IMG/VR virus record: IMGVR_UViG_3300048592_001371
Coordinates: 59,554 to 123,553 of that record
Strand: one strand, 5' to 3'
From: a virus
Length of the DNA: 64,000 nt
Part shown: positions 1 to 8,324 of the stretch, piece by piece
Position numbering within the stretch: the first letter of the stretch is position 1
Layout of the letters: each line of letters opens with the position of its first letter
Translations under genes and position numbers: made by a program
The notes under the pieces: generated by a model
Seen by the model: the letters and a program-made list of their open reading frames with translations, nothing else
Database searches by the model: none
Told to the model about the DNA's origin: nothing

Positions 1-248
1 ACGAGGAGCTCAGGAAGTCACACTTTGAGACATCTTGTCCTATGCTGTATGCTGAGTCCGAGGACAAAGGACTGAGTCTAAACGTCGTAGCAAAAACAGT
101 GATGGTAGCATACGAAGAACAAATGTCTCGCTTGAAGAAAACGGAGATCATGCGAATGGCGATAACGAACAAAATCGCCAATGCCGAGACAGAGGAACAA
201 GTTCGGGCTCTGTTGAAGGACGTCAAACTCTATTTCTACACGAGATGA
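1..248 (+). CDS. 5'-truncated hypothetical protein, possibly a tail-fibre-assembly-like helical protein
   Basis: The frame is open from base 3 to TGA 248. The LYAESEDKGLSL...VAKTV segment resembles LAAEAQIRGVAL..MVNRV in ORF 9674. Confidence 0.45.
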   Translation, partial: EELRKSHFETSCPMLYAESEDKGLSLNVVAKTVMVAYEEQMSRLKKTEIMRMAITNKIANAETEEQVRALLKDVKLYFYTR

Positions 249-1252
249 AACTCCTCAGCTACCACAACAATCCGATGTTCAAGAACAGGACGTTGAATAC
301 ATTCTTCAACGTGCTCAACGTCGAGGCACCTATGTCTAGGTGTTCTTACCAAGGATGCAATGTCCTACCTGTTCATCACTTGTTGCCTCCAATGTCGGAG
401 TATGCAATACGTGTCGTTTCGCAGCCGGGTGCCGAGCTGGAGACGATAGTCGAAGCAAGGGTGCGCGAGCTGGTCAACGAAGCACGCCAATTTGATCTGC
501 CAATTCACCTCAAGTACTCTGGTGGTTTGGACAGCCTGCTCGTGCTGCTCATGTTACATAGGTGTGACGCGGATTTCGTTGTCTATCTGACTCCCGATTC
601 CATCAAAGAGAACCAAGACGTATTCAAGAGATATGTCTCGAACCGAGATTTCAAACACGTCAATTGTCCTAGTCTGTTCGACGGACTGATAATTTCAGGA
701 GACGGGGCCGATGCTCTGTTCATAGACATGCTGGCAACAAGCGTAGTTTCCAAACACGGAGAGACGTCCTTGGATTGGAAATGGGAAGAAGGCTTTGTGA
801 AAGGCATGTACGGAACGGAACAAGAGAACAACGAAGTGCTCGAATTGCTCTTTCCCGCTCTCGACGAATGTCCTTGGGAGGTAGAGACAGTTCGGGACTT
901 CTTCGCTTGGACTGGCCTAGCGATCTTCTACCAGCACGAGACGTATCGTTGGCTTCCGACCATGCCTAATCCGGCAGAGAATTTCGCGCGCTTCCGACCG
1001 TTCTTTCCAACGAAGGATTTCGTCGAATGGTCTTTGGGACAGGAAACGAAGGCCAAGTTTCCGAGCTTCACCGATTACAAACCGGCATTTAGGAAGCTGT
1101 GCGAAAAGCTAACGGGTCTTGACTTTTCCTACATGCGGAAAGACTTTTCGCTGTGGAAGACCGTAGCAGGTAATCGTCTGCATCCCGGTGTCAAAGATGA
1201 TCTCTCGATTGCAACTATCGAAGAAATAGAACAGGCCGCTATCTATCCATGA
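245..1252 (+). CDS. PP-loop adenine-nucleotide alpha-hydrolase, asparagine-synthetase-like amide ligase without a glutaminase domain
   Basis: YSGGLDS PP-loop, ISGDGADALF motif and downstream RPFF. No N-terminal Cys glutaminase domain. ATGA overlaps on both sides. Confidence 0.7.
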   Translation: MKLLSYHNNPMFKNRTLNTFFNVLNVEAPMSRCSYQGCNVLPVHHLLPPMSEYAIRVVSQPGAELETIVEARVRELVNEARQFDLPIHLKYSGGLDSLLVLLMLHRCDADFVVYLTPDSIKENQDVFKRYVSNRDFKHVNCPSLFDGLIISGDGADALFIDMLATSVVSKHGETSLDWKWEEGFVKGMYGTEQENNEVLELLFPALDECPWEVETVRDFFAWTGLAIFYQHETYRWLPTMPNPAENFARFRPFFPTKDFVEWSLGQETKAKFPSFTDYKPAFRKLCEKLTGLDFSYMRKDFSLWKTVAGNRLHPGVKDDLSIATIEEIEQAAIYP

Positions 1253-2355
1253 CCGCAAATCTTCTCGATATGTACAAGCCCTTCGTCGAGGACTATCAAG
1301 GACCGTGTCTTGTCATCGACCGGGCCTCGATTTTCGAGCGCATAAAACGCTTCCTTCGCGCGGTGCCGAACGTCCTCCCGTATTATGCAATGAAGGCGAA
1401 CCCGCATCCCGGTGTTCTACAGACGGTTTCGGACGCGGGTATAAACTTTGACGTTGCCTCGGCAGACGAGATTCTCTTGCTGGAGCGTACTGGTCTGAAC
1501 GTGCGTCATGTGCTGTTCAGCAATCCTGTCAAGAAACCAAGCGACATCGCTTACGCAGCTTGGAATGGCATTCAGAACTATGCAATAGATAGCCAAGAGG
1601 AAATGTTCAAGATACTGTCTATCGTGCCGCACGCCAAGATGTACGTTCGTTTGTCTTTGCCACCCAGCACCGCGGATTCCCCACTCAATGACAAATTCGG
1701 TATTGACTTGTATGAGCTAGAAGGCCTGCTCCGGATAGCTAAAACGGTCAAGGCGGACATCTGTGGAGTAACATTCCACGTTGGCTCTCAATGTCGCTAT
1801 CTCGACAGTTGGGGAGACGCTATAGGAATTGCTCTCAAAGCCGGCGAGATGCTTCTGCGCGAAGGCTTTCGGTTCGAGTTGCTCAACCTGGGTGGCGGCT
1901 TTCCCGTTTCCTACACGCGTCCAATACCTGAGATCGAAGACATTGGTCTGGTGCTGGATAGGCTGTTGCAAGATCTGCCGAAAGAAACACGAGTGGTTGC
2001 CGAGCCGGGACGACACCTGGTTGCGGAATCAGGCATGCTGATCTGCCAAGTAATAGCAACCTCTACGAGGAAGGGTACTCGTTGGGCCTACTTGGATGTC
2101 GGTACATACAACGGATTGGTAGAAACGATCCAAGGCGTTGAGTGTAATTTCTGCTATACGCAAGAAGGCGACACGGATCTTTGGAATGTAGCGGGTCCAA
2201 CGTGTGATTCAAACGACATCATGTCTAAGAGGGTCCGTCTACCCCGGAATCTGGCAACTGGAGATTTTCTCTATGTGCCGAATGCCGGGGCCTATTCGGT
2301 AGCCAGTGCAAGTACATTCTGCGGAGCACACATTCCGGAGGTTATCCTATTGTGA
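1249..2355 (+). CDS. Fold-type III PLP-dependent ornithine/lysine decarboxylase
   Basis: Motifs YYAMKAN (PLP Lys), FDVAS, FHVGSQ, LNLGGGF, EPGR, GPTCDSND and GAYS. Confidence 0.92.
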   Translation: MTANLLDMYKPFVEDYQGPCLVIDRASIFERIKRFLRAVPNVLPYYAMKANPHPGVLQTVSDAGINFDVASADEILLLERTGLNVRHVLFSNPVKKPSDIAYAAWNGIQNYAIDSQEEMFKILSIVPHAKMYVRLSLPPSTADSPLNDKFGIDLYELEGLLRIAKTVKADICGVTFHVGSQCRYLDSWGDAIGIALKAGEMLLREGFRFELLNLGGGFPVSYTRPIPEIEDIGLVLDRLLQDLPKETRVVAEPGRHLVAESGMLICQVIATSTRKGTRWAYLDVGTYNGLVETIQGVECNFCYTQEGDTDLWNVAGPTCDSNDIMSKRVRLPRNLATGDFLYVPNAGAYSVASASTFCGAHIPEVILL

Positions 2356-2876
2356 ATCATGGACGCGTACTGTGGCTGACAGGTTTGAGTGGGTCGGGCA
2401 AGACCACTCTGGCTTGGGCACTTGACGAATTCCTACAACGCAAAGGAATTGCTACTTCTGTCATCGACGGAGACGAGATACGCAAAACCCTGTGTAAGGA
2501 TCTGGGGTATACGGCGGAGGACAGAACAGAGAACCAGCGGCGCATCGCAGGACTGGCGAGAAAACAAGCCGATCTCGACCTCACAGTAATCGTGGCCACC
2601 ATCAGCCCGAGATTCAAACATCGGGTACTGGCCGAAGAGATAATCCACCCGATCGACTTCTACGAAATCTACCTAGCCACTCCCCTCGAAGAATGCGAGA
2701 GGCGCGATCCGAAAGGGATGTACGCCAAAGCCAGAAGAGGGGAGATCAGTGCCTTCACCGGAGTTACCGATCCGTATGAGGAACCCGAACACCCCGATGT
2801 GAAAATCCCTCCGTCTTTCTCCCTCCGAGAAGCACTTCAAGCAATCGAACGGTCTGTCCGTTTCACGATTCTCTAG
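2352..2876 (+). CDS. cysC: Adenylyl-sulfate (APS) kinase
   Basis: Motifs WLTGLSGSGKTT, IDGDEIR and RDPKGMYAKARRGEI..FTGV..PYEEP. GTG start overlaps the upstream stop. Confidence 0.95.
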   Translation: MNHGRVLWLTGLSGSGKTTLAWALDEFLQRKGIATSVIDGDEIRKTLCKDLGYTAEDRTENQRRIAGLARKQADLDLTVIVATISPRFKHRVLAEEIIHPIDFYEIYLATPLEECERRDPKGMYAKARRGEISAFTGVTDPYEEPEHPDVKIPPSFSLREALQAIERSVRFTIL

Positions 2877-2947
2877 TCTCTCACTAATTTCCCTTTGCGT
2901 TGCATTGAGTCTCCATTCACCACCCCTCCTCCTCTTGGTGTGGTTTT

Positions 2948-2984
2948 AAGGCCGGCCGGACTTTGTCTTACCGGCCTTCTTTCT
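2948..2984 (+). terminator. Rho-independent terminator-like hairpin
   Basis: AAGGCCGG (2948-2955) pairs with CCGGCCTT (2971-2978), followed by CTTTCT. Confidence 0.55.
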
Positions 2985-3052
2985 GCTGTCCGTTCCGGAA
3001 CAATAATTTAAGACTGTAGAGCAAAATCCCATTTTTGGTAGAAAGGACCGAT

Positions 3053-3448
3053 ATGCTCAAGGGTATACTCGAGACACTAACGCCGCCCCAAGTGAAGATA
3101 GCTATCTTCGGGTTGCTGTCTTTGGCAATGATTGGCCTGTTGCTTGGCGTGTACTTCTACGGACGACACGACGGAGCAGCGGCCAACGAAGTGAAGTGGC
3201 AGAAATGGCAAGCGGAATACTTCGAAGAACTGAAGGAGAAGATCGAAGGTGTGCAAAAGTACGCTTCCGAACAAACGGCCGAAGTCAAGAAGGGAACCGC
3301 GTCCACGAACGCACGAGTGAATACCGTGCTTGAAGAAATTCGCAAGAAGGGACCGACGGTAATCTACGACGCGGAGAAAAAGGCCTGCGAATTCAAACCC
3401 GGGTTTCAGTTGAACTGGTCAACCATCAATAAGGAGGCCAACAAATGA
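3053..3448 (+). CDS. i-spanin (Rz-like)
   Basis: N-terminal TM helix, then G..G and a coiled coil. Overlaps a lipoprotein gene. AAGGA RBS before ATG 3053. Confidence 0.75.
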   Translation: MLKGILETLTPPQVKIAIFGLLSLAMIGLLLGVYFYGRHDGAAANEVKWQKWQAEYFEELKEKIEGVQKYASEQTAEVKKGTASTNARVNTVLEEIRKKGPTVIYDAEKKACEFKPGFQLNWSTINKEANK

Positions 3449-3708
3449 GACTCCTCGGAATAGTCCTTGTGCTGTCTTTGACGGCCTGTGGTGGTAATCC
3501 TCTGAAAGATTTGGGTAGTGGCGCTATCGAGATAGACAGCTACCTACTGGAAGAGTGTCCAGCCCTCGAAGAAACTGTTGTCATCAAGGACGAGACCCAG
3601 CTGTGGGAAGTGAAGGTACGAGAAACCAAACAGTATGCGGAGTGCAGAAAGAAGCAGAAAGGTTTGGCGAACGTAGTGAAGAAGGCTTTCAACCTCGAAA
3701 AGAAGTAA
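3445..3708 (+). CDS. o-spanin lipoprotein (Rz1-like)
   Basis: Signal peptide with lipobox LTAC. LLEECP and ECR cysteines as in o-spanins. Confidence 0.8.
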   Translation: MRLLGIVLVLSLTACGGNPLKDLGSGAIEIDSYLLEECPALEETVVIKDETQLWEVKVRETKQYAECRKKQKGLANVVKKAFNLEKK

Positions 3709-3718
3709 CGGAGGCTAA

Positions 3719-4084
3719 GTGGAAACGCCACATATCGACATCACCAAGAACGCAACGTGGTTGCGTTCTTTCTCATTAACGGACAACCTCGGAAGACCTT
3801 TCGGTAACTCCAATTGGGACTTGTCCTTCGCACTTCTCGATTCGCGCGATCCGAACGTGGTCTTGCTTGCTGTTGACAAGGCCTCCGGTCGTTGCTGGTG
3901 GGACGGACAAAACACCGTGATGGTCTCGCTACCGGATGAAGTGACGAATGCGCTTCAGGTCCCTCAGGCGAGATTCTACCTCAAAGTGATTTCCAACGAT
4001 CCTGTGATCGACCCTACCGGGTACGGAAGAATCGTCTGTAATGGCGTCCTTAACATCAACCCAGCGGCTCCAGCGCCGCATTAA
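3719..4084 (+). CDS. Hypothetical virion protein (beta-rich, BppU/Ig-like)
   Basis: GGAGG RBS with GTG start. Beta-strand pattern; lies among structural genes. Confidence 0.45.
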   Translation: METPHIDITKNATWLRSFSLTDNLGRPFGNSNWDLSFALLDSRDPNVVLLAVDKASGRCWWDGQNTVMVSLPDEVTNALQVPQARFYLKVISNDPVIDPTGYGRIVCNGVLNINPAAPAPH

Positions 4085-4096
4085 CGGAGAGAAAGA

Positions 4097-4930
4097 ATGG
4101 GAACAGTCTACGCACCCGATCCTTTGATTAACGTGTCGCTGGGCTTTGGCGGCGGAGGAAGCGGAAGTGGTAGTGGCAGCTGTGGCTGCTCTTCCTCTTC
4201 GATCTACGCTCTGTGCCCGGCCAACGCGGGGAACGGTCTCGCCAATAACCCTCCAGGAGTCAATCCTATGCAAGCTGCTGCAATCGTCTATGTGCCGGCG
4301 TTCAAAGCCGTGGCCATGGGAACCAATGGTGTTACGTTGGCGGACAATACAAATCCGGCACACCGTGATGTTGTCCTCGGCCTGTCAGACAACAACTATA
4401 CGCCGGGCGCGATGGTGAACATCTTCCACGGTGGTCCCATCACCAATCCGATCCCCGGTGTGGGTGGCTGGAACTGGGTCGTGAACGATCCGATCTGGCT
4501 GCAAGCCAACGGCGATCTGGCCCAGACTCTTCCGCCAAGCGGCTTCCTACAGAAGATGGGCTTCGCTCTGTCTTCCAATACGATGATGATTCGACTTGGA
4601 GACAGCGAAAGCGTTCCGACAGTCGTGGCATACCCGTATGCAGCTACGATCAACTTTGATTGCCGCGCCGCTGACGTGGGTGACATCACACTCACGGGCC
4701 CCGCTACTCTCAACTTCACAGGTGGCGAAGACGGTCAAGAAGTGTATGTCCGAGCCACGCAGGACGCCGTTGGCAGTCAAGTCCTCACATGGGGCGCTAT
4801 GGTTGCATTCCCGGGTGGCATTCCTCCTGGCCAGACAGCAACTGCTCTGCGTACAGACGTCTATCGTCTGCAGTACAACGCTGCCCTTACCAAGTATGTC
4901 GTGATCGACGCCGACCTCGACCTGGCCTAA
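4097..4930 (+). CDS. Putative virion decoration or fibre protein
   Basis: Gly/Ala/Pro/Thr-rich, with a GGGGSGSGSGS linker and modular beta segments. Confidence 0.5.
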   Translation: MGTVYAPDPLINVSLGFGGGGSGSGSGSCGCSSSSIYALCPANAGNGLANNPPGVNPMQAAAIVYVPAFKAVAMGTNGVTLADNTNPAHRDVVLGLSDNNYTPGAMVNIFHGGPITNPIPGVGGWNWVVNDPIWLQANGDLAQTLPPSGFLQKMGFALSSNTMMIRLGDSESVPTVVAYPYAATINFDCRAADVGDITLTGPATLNFTGGEDGQEVYVRATQDAVGSQVLTWGAMVAFPGGIPPGQTATALRTDVYRLQYNAALTKYVVIDADLDLA

Positions 4931-4931
4931 G

Positions 4932-5375
4932 ATGGAACTGAAACTTACCAGATTAACCTTTACGGACAAGAGTACCATCAGCGAGTTGTCGGTTGATGGG
5001 AAATATCAGTGCTACGTGCTGGAGGACGTTGTCCGTGAGGGTCCTAAGGTGTACGGCCAAACAGCTATCCCGTATGGCCGTTACAAGATCGACGTTACGT
5101 ACTCGAATCGGTTCAAGCGCGATCTTCCTTTGCTGCTCGAAGTTCCCAATTTCGAGGGTATTCGAATCCATCCAGGAAACTCTCCGCAGAACACGGAAGG
5201 TTGTTTGCTTCCAGGTAGGACAAGTGGCCTAAATTGGGTAGGTGAAAGCCGGGCTGCCTTCAATGAACTGTTCGACAAAATAGATCGAGCGGTCGAGAAC
5301 GACGAGGAAGTGTGGATTACCGTAGTAGACGGTCGAGAAGTGAACGATCCTTCTGCTGAATCAAACTTTGCGTAA
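4932..5375 (+). CDS. DUF5675-family L,D-peptidase-like protein, candidate endolysin
   Basis: Motifs STIS.L, CYVLED, TAIPYGRY and IRIHPGN....TEGCLLPG (His/Cys dyad). Close to the spanins. Confidence 0.8.
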   Translation: MELKLTRLTFTDKSTISELSVDGKYQCYVLEDVVREGPKVYGQTAIPYGRYKIDVTYSNRFKRDLPLLLEVPNFEGIRIHPGNSPQNTEGCLLPGRTSGLNWVGESRAAFNELFDKIDRAVENDEEVWITVVDGREVNDPSAESNFA

Positions 5376-5384
5376 GGAGCAAAC

Positions 5385-5834
5385 ATGCCAGGACCTATTC
5401 TCCCATCGGATTTCGTGCCTTACGGTTATCCCAAAGGGCCAGATTTTAACCTGCCAAGCAATGGCAGTATGCCTCCCAATAGCGTCCAGCCGTTGCGCGA
5501 TCCGTACCGGGTAGGTCTGACGGCATTCGTCGATAACCTCGTCGAGCAGTATTCGGATGGCTCGCGAGACTATCTCTTCGTACTCAATAGGCAGTCAGTA
5601 CCGGAAGTGGAAGCGTTGATAGTCCTCAGCGCTGTTCCTACGGTCGCCAAATTCACGTTGTCCAATACGGACTTGGTGATGCGTGACCTCGAACTGGTCG
5701 AAGCGTCGTCTCCGGTTGCCAATTGTCTGTGGCAGGACCTTCCCGGTGGTCTGGTAACTCGTTACGAGGTTCCCCGAGGAACGCGGGCTGTTCTGTTGCA
5801 TTACACCGGCTGGGCCAACATCACTCAAGTATAA
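5385..5834 (+). CDS. Hypothetical protein
   Basis: AAGGAG RBS; fits the operon packing. Confidence 0.6.
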   Translation: MPGPILPSDFVPYGYPKGPDFNLPSNGSMPPNSVQPLRDPYRVGLTAFVDNLVEQYSDGSRDYLFVLNRQSVPEVEALIVLSAVPTVAKFTLSNTDLVMRDLELVEASSPVANCLWQDLPGGLVTRYEVPRGTRAVLLHYTGWANITQV

Positions 5835-5844
5835 GGATTAGGAA

Positions 5845-7521
5845 GTGCCAATCAAAGTCTTGAGACCGCAGAAGCGGCTGGCAATCGAATTCATAGAAGT
5901 GCTGTACGTGACGGCGGCGTACTTCCACAACTATGCAAAGAACGGGGAAGGCACGATCCCGAAGGAACTTGTTCCTAAGGTTCGTCAATGGGCACCAGAA
6001 GCAGTTTCCTTTCTAAGGAAGCATTCTGTTCCCATTCGCAACTTCCAGAAGTGGGTCAACTCGATTGTCAGCGGTACGTACCAGAACGAGGACGGGTTGG
6101 TCGTACTGGCCGATTTCTTCAAAGACCTGCGCAGCGGTTTTCGGAACATCCAGCGTGATCCTGAAGTGACGCACAACGAAATCGCCGTCATGAAAGCCTT
6201 GCGAGGCTGGATAAAGTCGGGTCGTGCAAGCGCCTATCGCAATCTCCAGAAGGGTATTGGCCTGCTCCAGCTCGATCCTTCCATCGTCAGCGTCTTCCGT
6301 ACTGAGTCGGGCTCGCAGGAACCAATTCGGAAACAACTCAAACCCTTGGTCAAGTTGTTCACAGGACGCGAGAACACAAACATGACGCTCGAAGAGCGCA
6401 TGAAGGCCAAGGACAAGAATCGGGACAAGTACCGCGAGTTCTTGAAACTGCGAAAGGCACTTGTCGACGTCTACAACAACGAACTAAGAAACTACGTCCG
6501 AGACAGGAATGGCAAGCCGCAACCGGTCGCCGAAGTGAAACGCCACATGCAATCGAACGGTATCGAGGATCGGTTGCCAGATGGCTTTGCAGGACTGGTG
6601 GACGAACACAGCGTCCTCTATACCTCTGGTGGGAAACCGATCGACGGGTACGTAGATCGTCCTGTCAAGATGAACCCCTCCTACGATCCCGATAAGGACG
6701 ACCAGTACGTTTTCACGGCTGTTACGGACGCAGGTGCGACGCAGCACTTCTACACTACGACGTACCGGGAGCAGAAAAAGACAGAGAAGTACTCCAACGT
6801 CGCCGATCTTATCAACCGCTCAGAAGTCATTCGCAAGAAGTGGTTGAAGGATCTGAAATCGGATGAGGAAACTCGGTACATCCCAGCTGCGATGATGGAG
6901 ATCGTGTATCTCACAGCGCAGCGAATTGGCACTCCGGGCAATAAGGCCGGCGGACAAGCGACCTACGGTCTGTCTACTTTGCTAGTAGGGCACGTCAAGA
7001 AGCGTGGGAACAGCATCCTGTTCGATTACCTAGGAAAAGATGGAGTGCGGCATAAGCACATGATCAAAGCCGAGACGCTGGAAACAAAACGTATCGTGCA
7101 AATCATCACGGAGCTCATGGCCGGCAAGAAACGTGCCGATCCCTTGTTCACTACCGGGACGCGCGATTACAATGCTCGGATGATCAATTCGTACTTCCGT
7201 CGTTTAGCGGGAAGCAAGGTACATATCCACAACATCCGTCACATGCGCGGTACAAAACTGGCTTCCGAAATTCTGGAGAACTCACCATTACTGTCACGCA
7301 AAGTTGCGGTCCAGCAGACGGAAGCAGAGCGCTGGTTCAAACAAGCCATGACAAAGGTCGGATCCCTCCTGGGACATGTGCGGGGTGTCGGAACTCTACA
7401 AAAGATCACCCCCGGCACTGCGATCAAAAGCTATATCGATCCCGAGCTGTCGCGTGACTTCTTCCGCAAGCTAAACCTGAGGATTCCGAAATGGCTCATG
7501 ACCAAGAACGCAGGGGCGTAA
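5845..7521 (+). CDS. DNA topoisomerase IB with long N-terminal extension
   Basis: QRIGT...TYGLSTL..GHV, FDYLGKDG, NIRHMRG, LGH and SYIDP supply the catalytic R, K, R, H and Y. Confidence 0.85.
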   Translation: MPIKVLRPQKRLAIEFIEVLYVTAAYFHNYAKNGEGTIPKELVPKVRQWAPEAVSFLRKHSVPIRNFQKWVNSIVSGTYQNEDGLVVLADFFKDLRSGFRNIQRDPEVTHNEIAVMKALRGWIKSGRASAYRNLQKGIGLLQLDPSIVSVFRTESGSQEPIRKQLKPLVKLFTGRENTNMTLEERMKAKDKNRDKYREFLKLRKALVDVYNNELRNYVRDRNGKPQPVAEVKRHMQSNGIEDRLPDGFAGLVDEHSVLYTSGGKPIDGYVDRPVKMNPSYDPDKDDQYVFTAVTDAGATQHFYTTTYREQKKTEKYSNVADLINRSEVIRKKWLKDLKSDEETRYIPAAMMEIVYLTAQRIGTPGNKAGGQATYGLSTLLVGHVKKRGNSILFDYLGKDGVRHKHMIKAETLETKRIVQIITELMAGKKRADPLFTTGTRDYNARMINSYFRRLAGSKVHIHNIRHMRGTKLASEILENSPLLSRKVAVQQTEAERWFKQAMTKVGSLLGHVRGVGTLQKITPGTAIKSYIDPELSRDFFRKLNLRIPKWLMTKNAGA

Positions 7522-7522
7522 G

Positions 7523-8047
7523 ATGCCGTACAAGATAACGAACCTGACACGCGAACGGCTCACGATCGATCAATTGCGTCTGCTACCTGGTATCGAAGCA
7601 AGCGTTGATGATCTGTCTGACAACCTAACGAGTGCCTGGCACAAGCAGTTGATCTACATCGATCCGCCTCCGGGTTCCGGCGGACCAGCAGTGATGAACG
7701 TGAACGTGGTGAATACGAGTGCCAATCCGGTTCCGATCATCGCGCCCGTCAGTGGACTCGCAATACGTCTGCCGAATGCAACTCCAGATGTGAACTACTT
7801 TGACATCACGACGACACCTACCCAAGTTCTACCGGCAAATGCGAACCGCAAGTCTCTGTTCCTTGAGAACACATCGGGCAACCGGACAGTGTGGCTGGCT
7901 TACTCAAGTGCCGAATGTCTGGTCGATGAGTGTATCAAGCTGCCGCCGAATTACTACTACGAGGTACGGTTGCATGTCCCGACCTTGGAGCTCTGGTTGA
8001 GAACAACGACAGGTACTGCCCGCGTCATCATAGAGGAGGGGACATGA
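7523..8047 (+). CDS. Hypothetical virion-associated protein
   Basis: C-terminal LPANANRKSLFLEN.SG..TVWL beta-sandwich pattern; context among fibre genes. Confidence 0.5.
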   Translation: MPYKITNLTRERLTIDQLRLLPGIEASVDDLSDNLTSAWHKQLIYIDPPPGSGGPAVMNVNVVNTSANPVPIIAPVSGLAIRLPNATPDVNYFDITTTPTQVLPANANRKSLFLENTSGNRTVWLAYSSAECLVDECIKLPPNYYYEVRLHVPTLELWLRTTTGTARVIIEEGT

Positions 8048-8048
8048 T

Positions 8049-8312
8049 ATGCCGATGGGGCCTATTGACTACTCGGGACTCGGAGGAGACACGAATGGCA
8101 TCTGGGTAGCGCAAGACATGCCCACCGGAGCAACCGATGGAGTGAATACTGTGTTTGTGCTCACAGATTTGCCCAAAACGGACTCCGAAATCATTCGCAA
8201 GAACGGACTGGTTCTTGTTCGGAACTGGGACTACACAATCGTTGGGAATACGCTTACGATCATGACACCGCCTCTCCCGACAGACTACATCACCGCTTCA
8301 TACTTCAAATAG
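8049..8312 (+). CDS. Small fibre or decoration protein (single domain)
   Basis: PTGATDGVNTVFVL...NGL....DYTI.G..LT aligns by eye with the C-terminal domain of ORF 8325. Confidence 0.6.
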   Translation: MPMGPIDYSGLGGDTNGIWVAQDMPTGATDGVNTVFVLTDLPKTDSEIIRKNGLVLVRNWDYTIVGNTLTIMTPPLPTDYITASYFK

Positions 8313-8324
8313 GAGTAAGTAACC

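Noticed and set aside
245-1252. Calling the SGGLDS protein QueC or a lasso-peptide cyclase
   Set aside because: It lacks the QueC C-terminal zinc cysteines and has the asparagine-synthetase GDGAD motif. No lasso precursor or B protein is visible nearby.
2884-3010. TAATTT/AAATTT element (2885, 3004, also ~48274) as a late promoter
   Set aside because: Too few and too degenerate occurrences in this window to support a call; needs genome-wide motif analysis.
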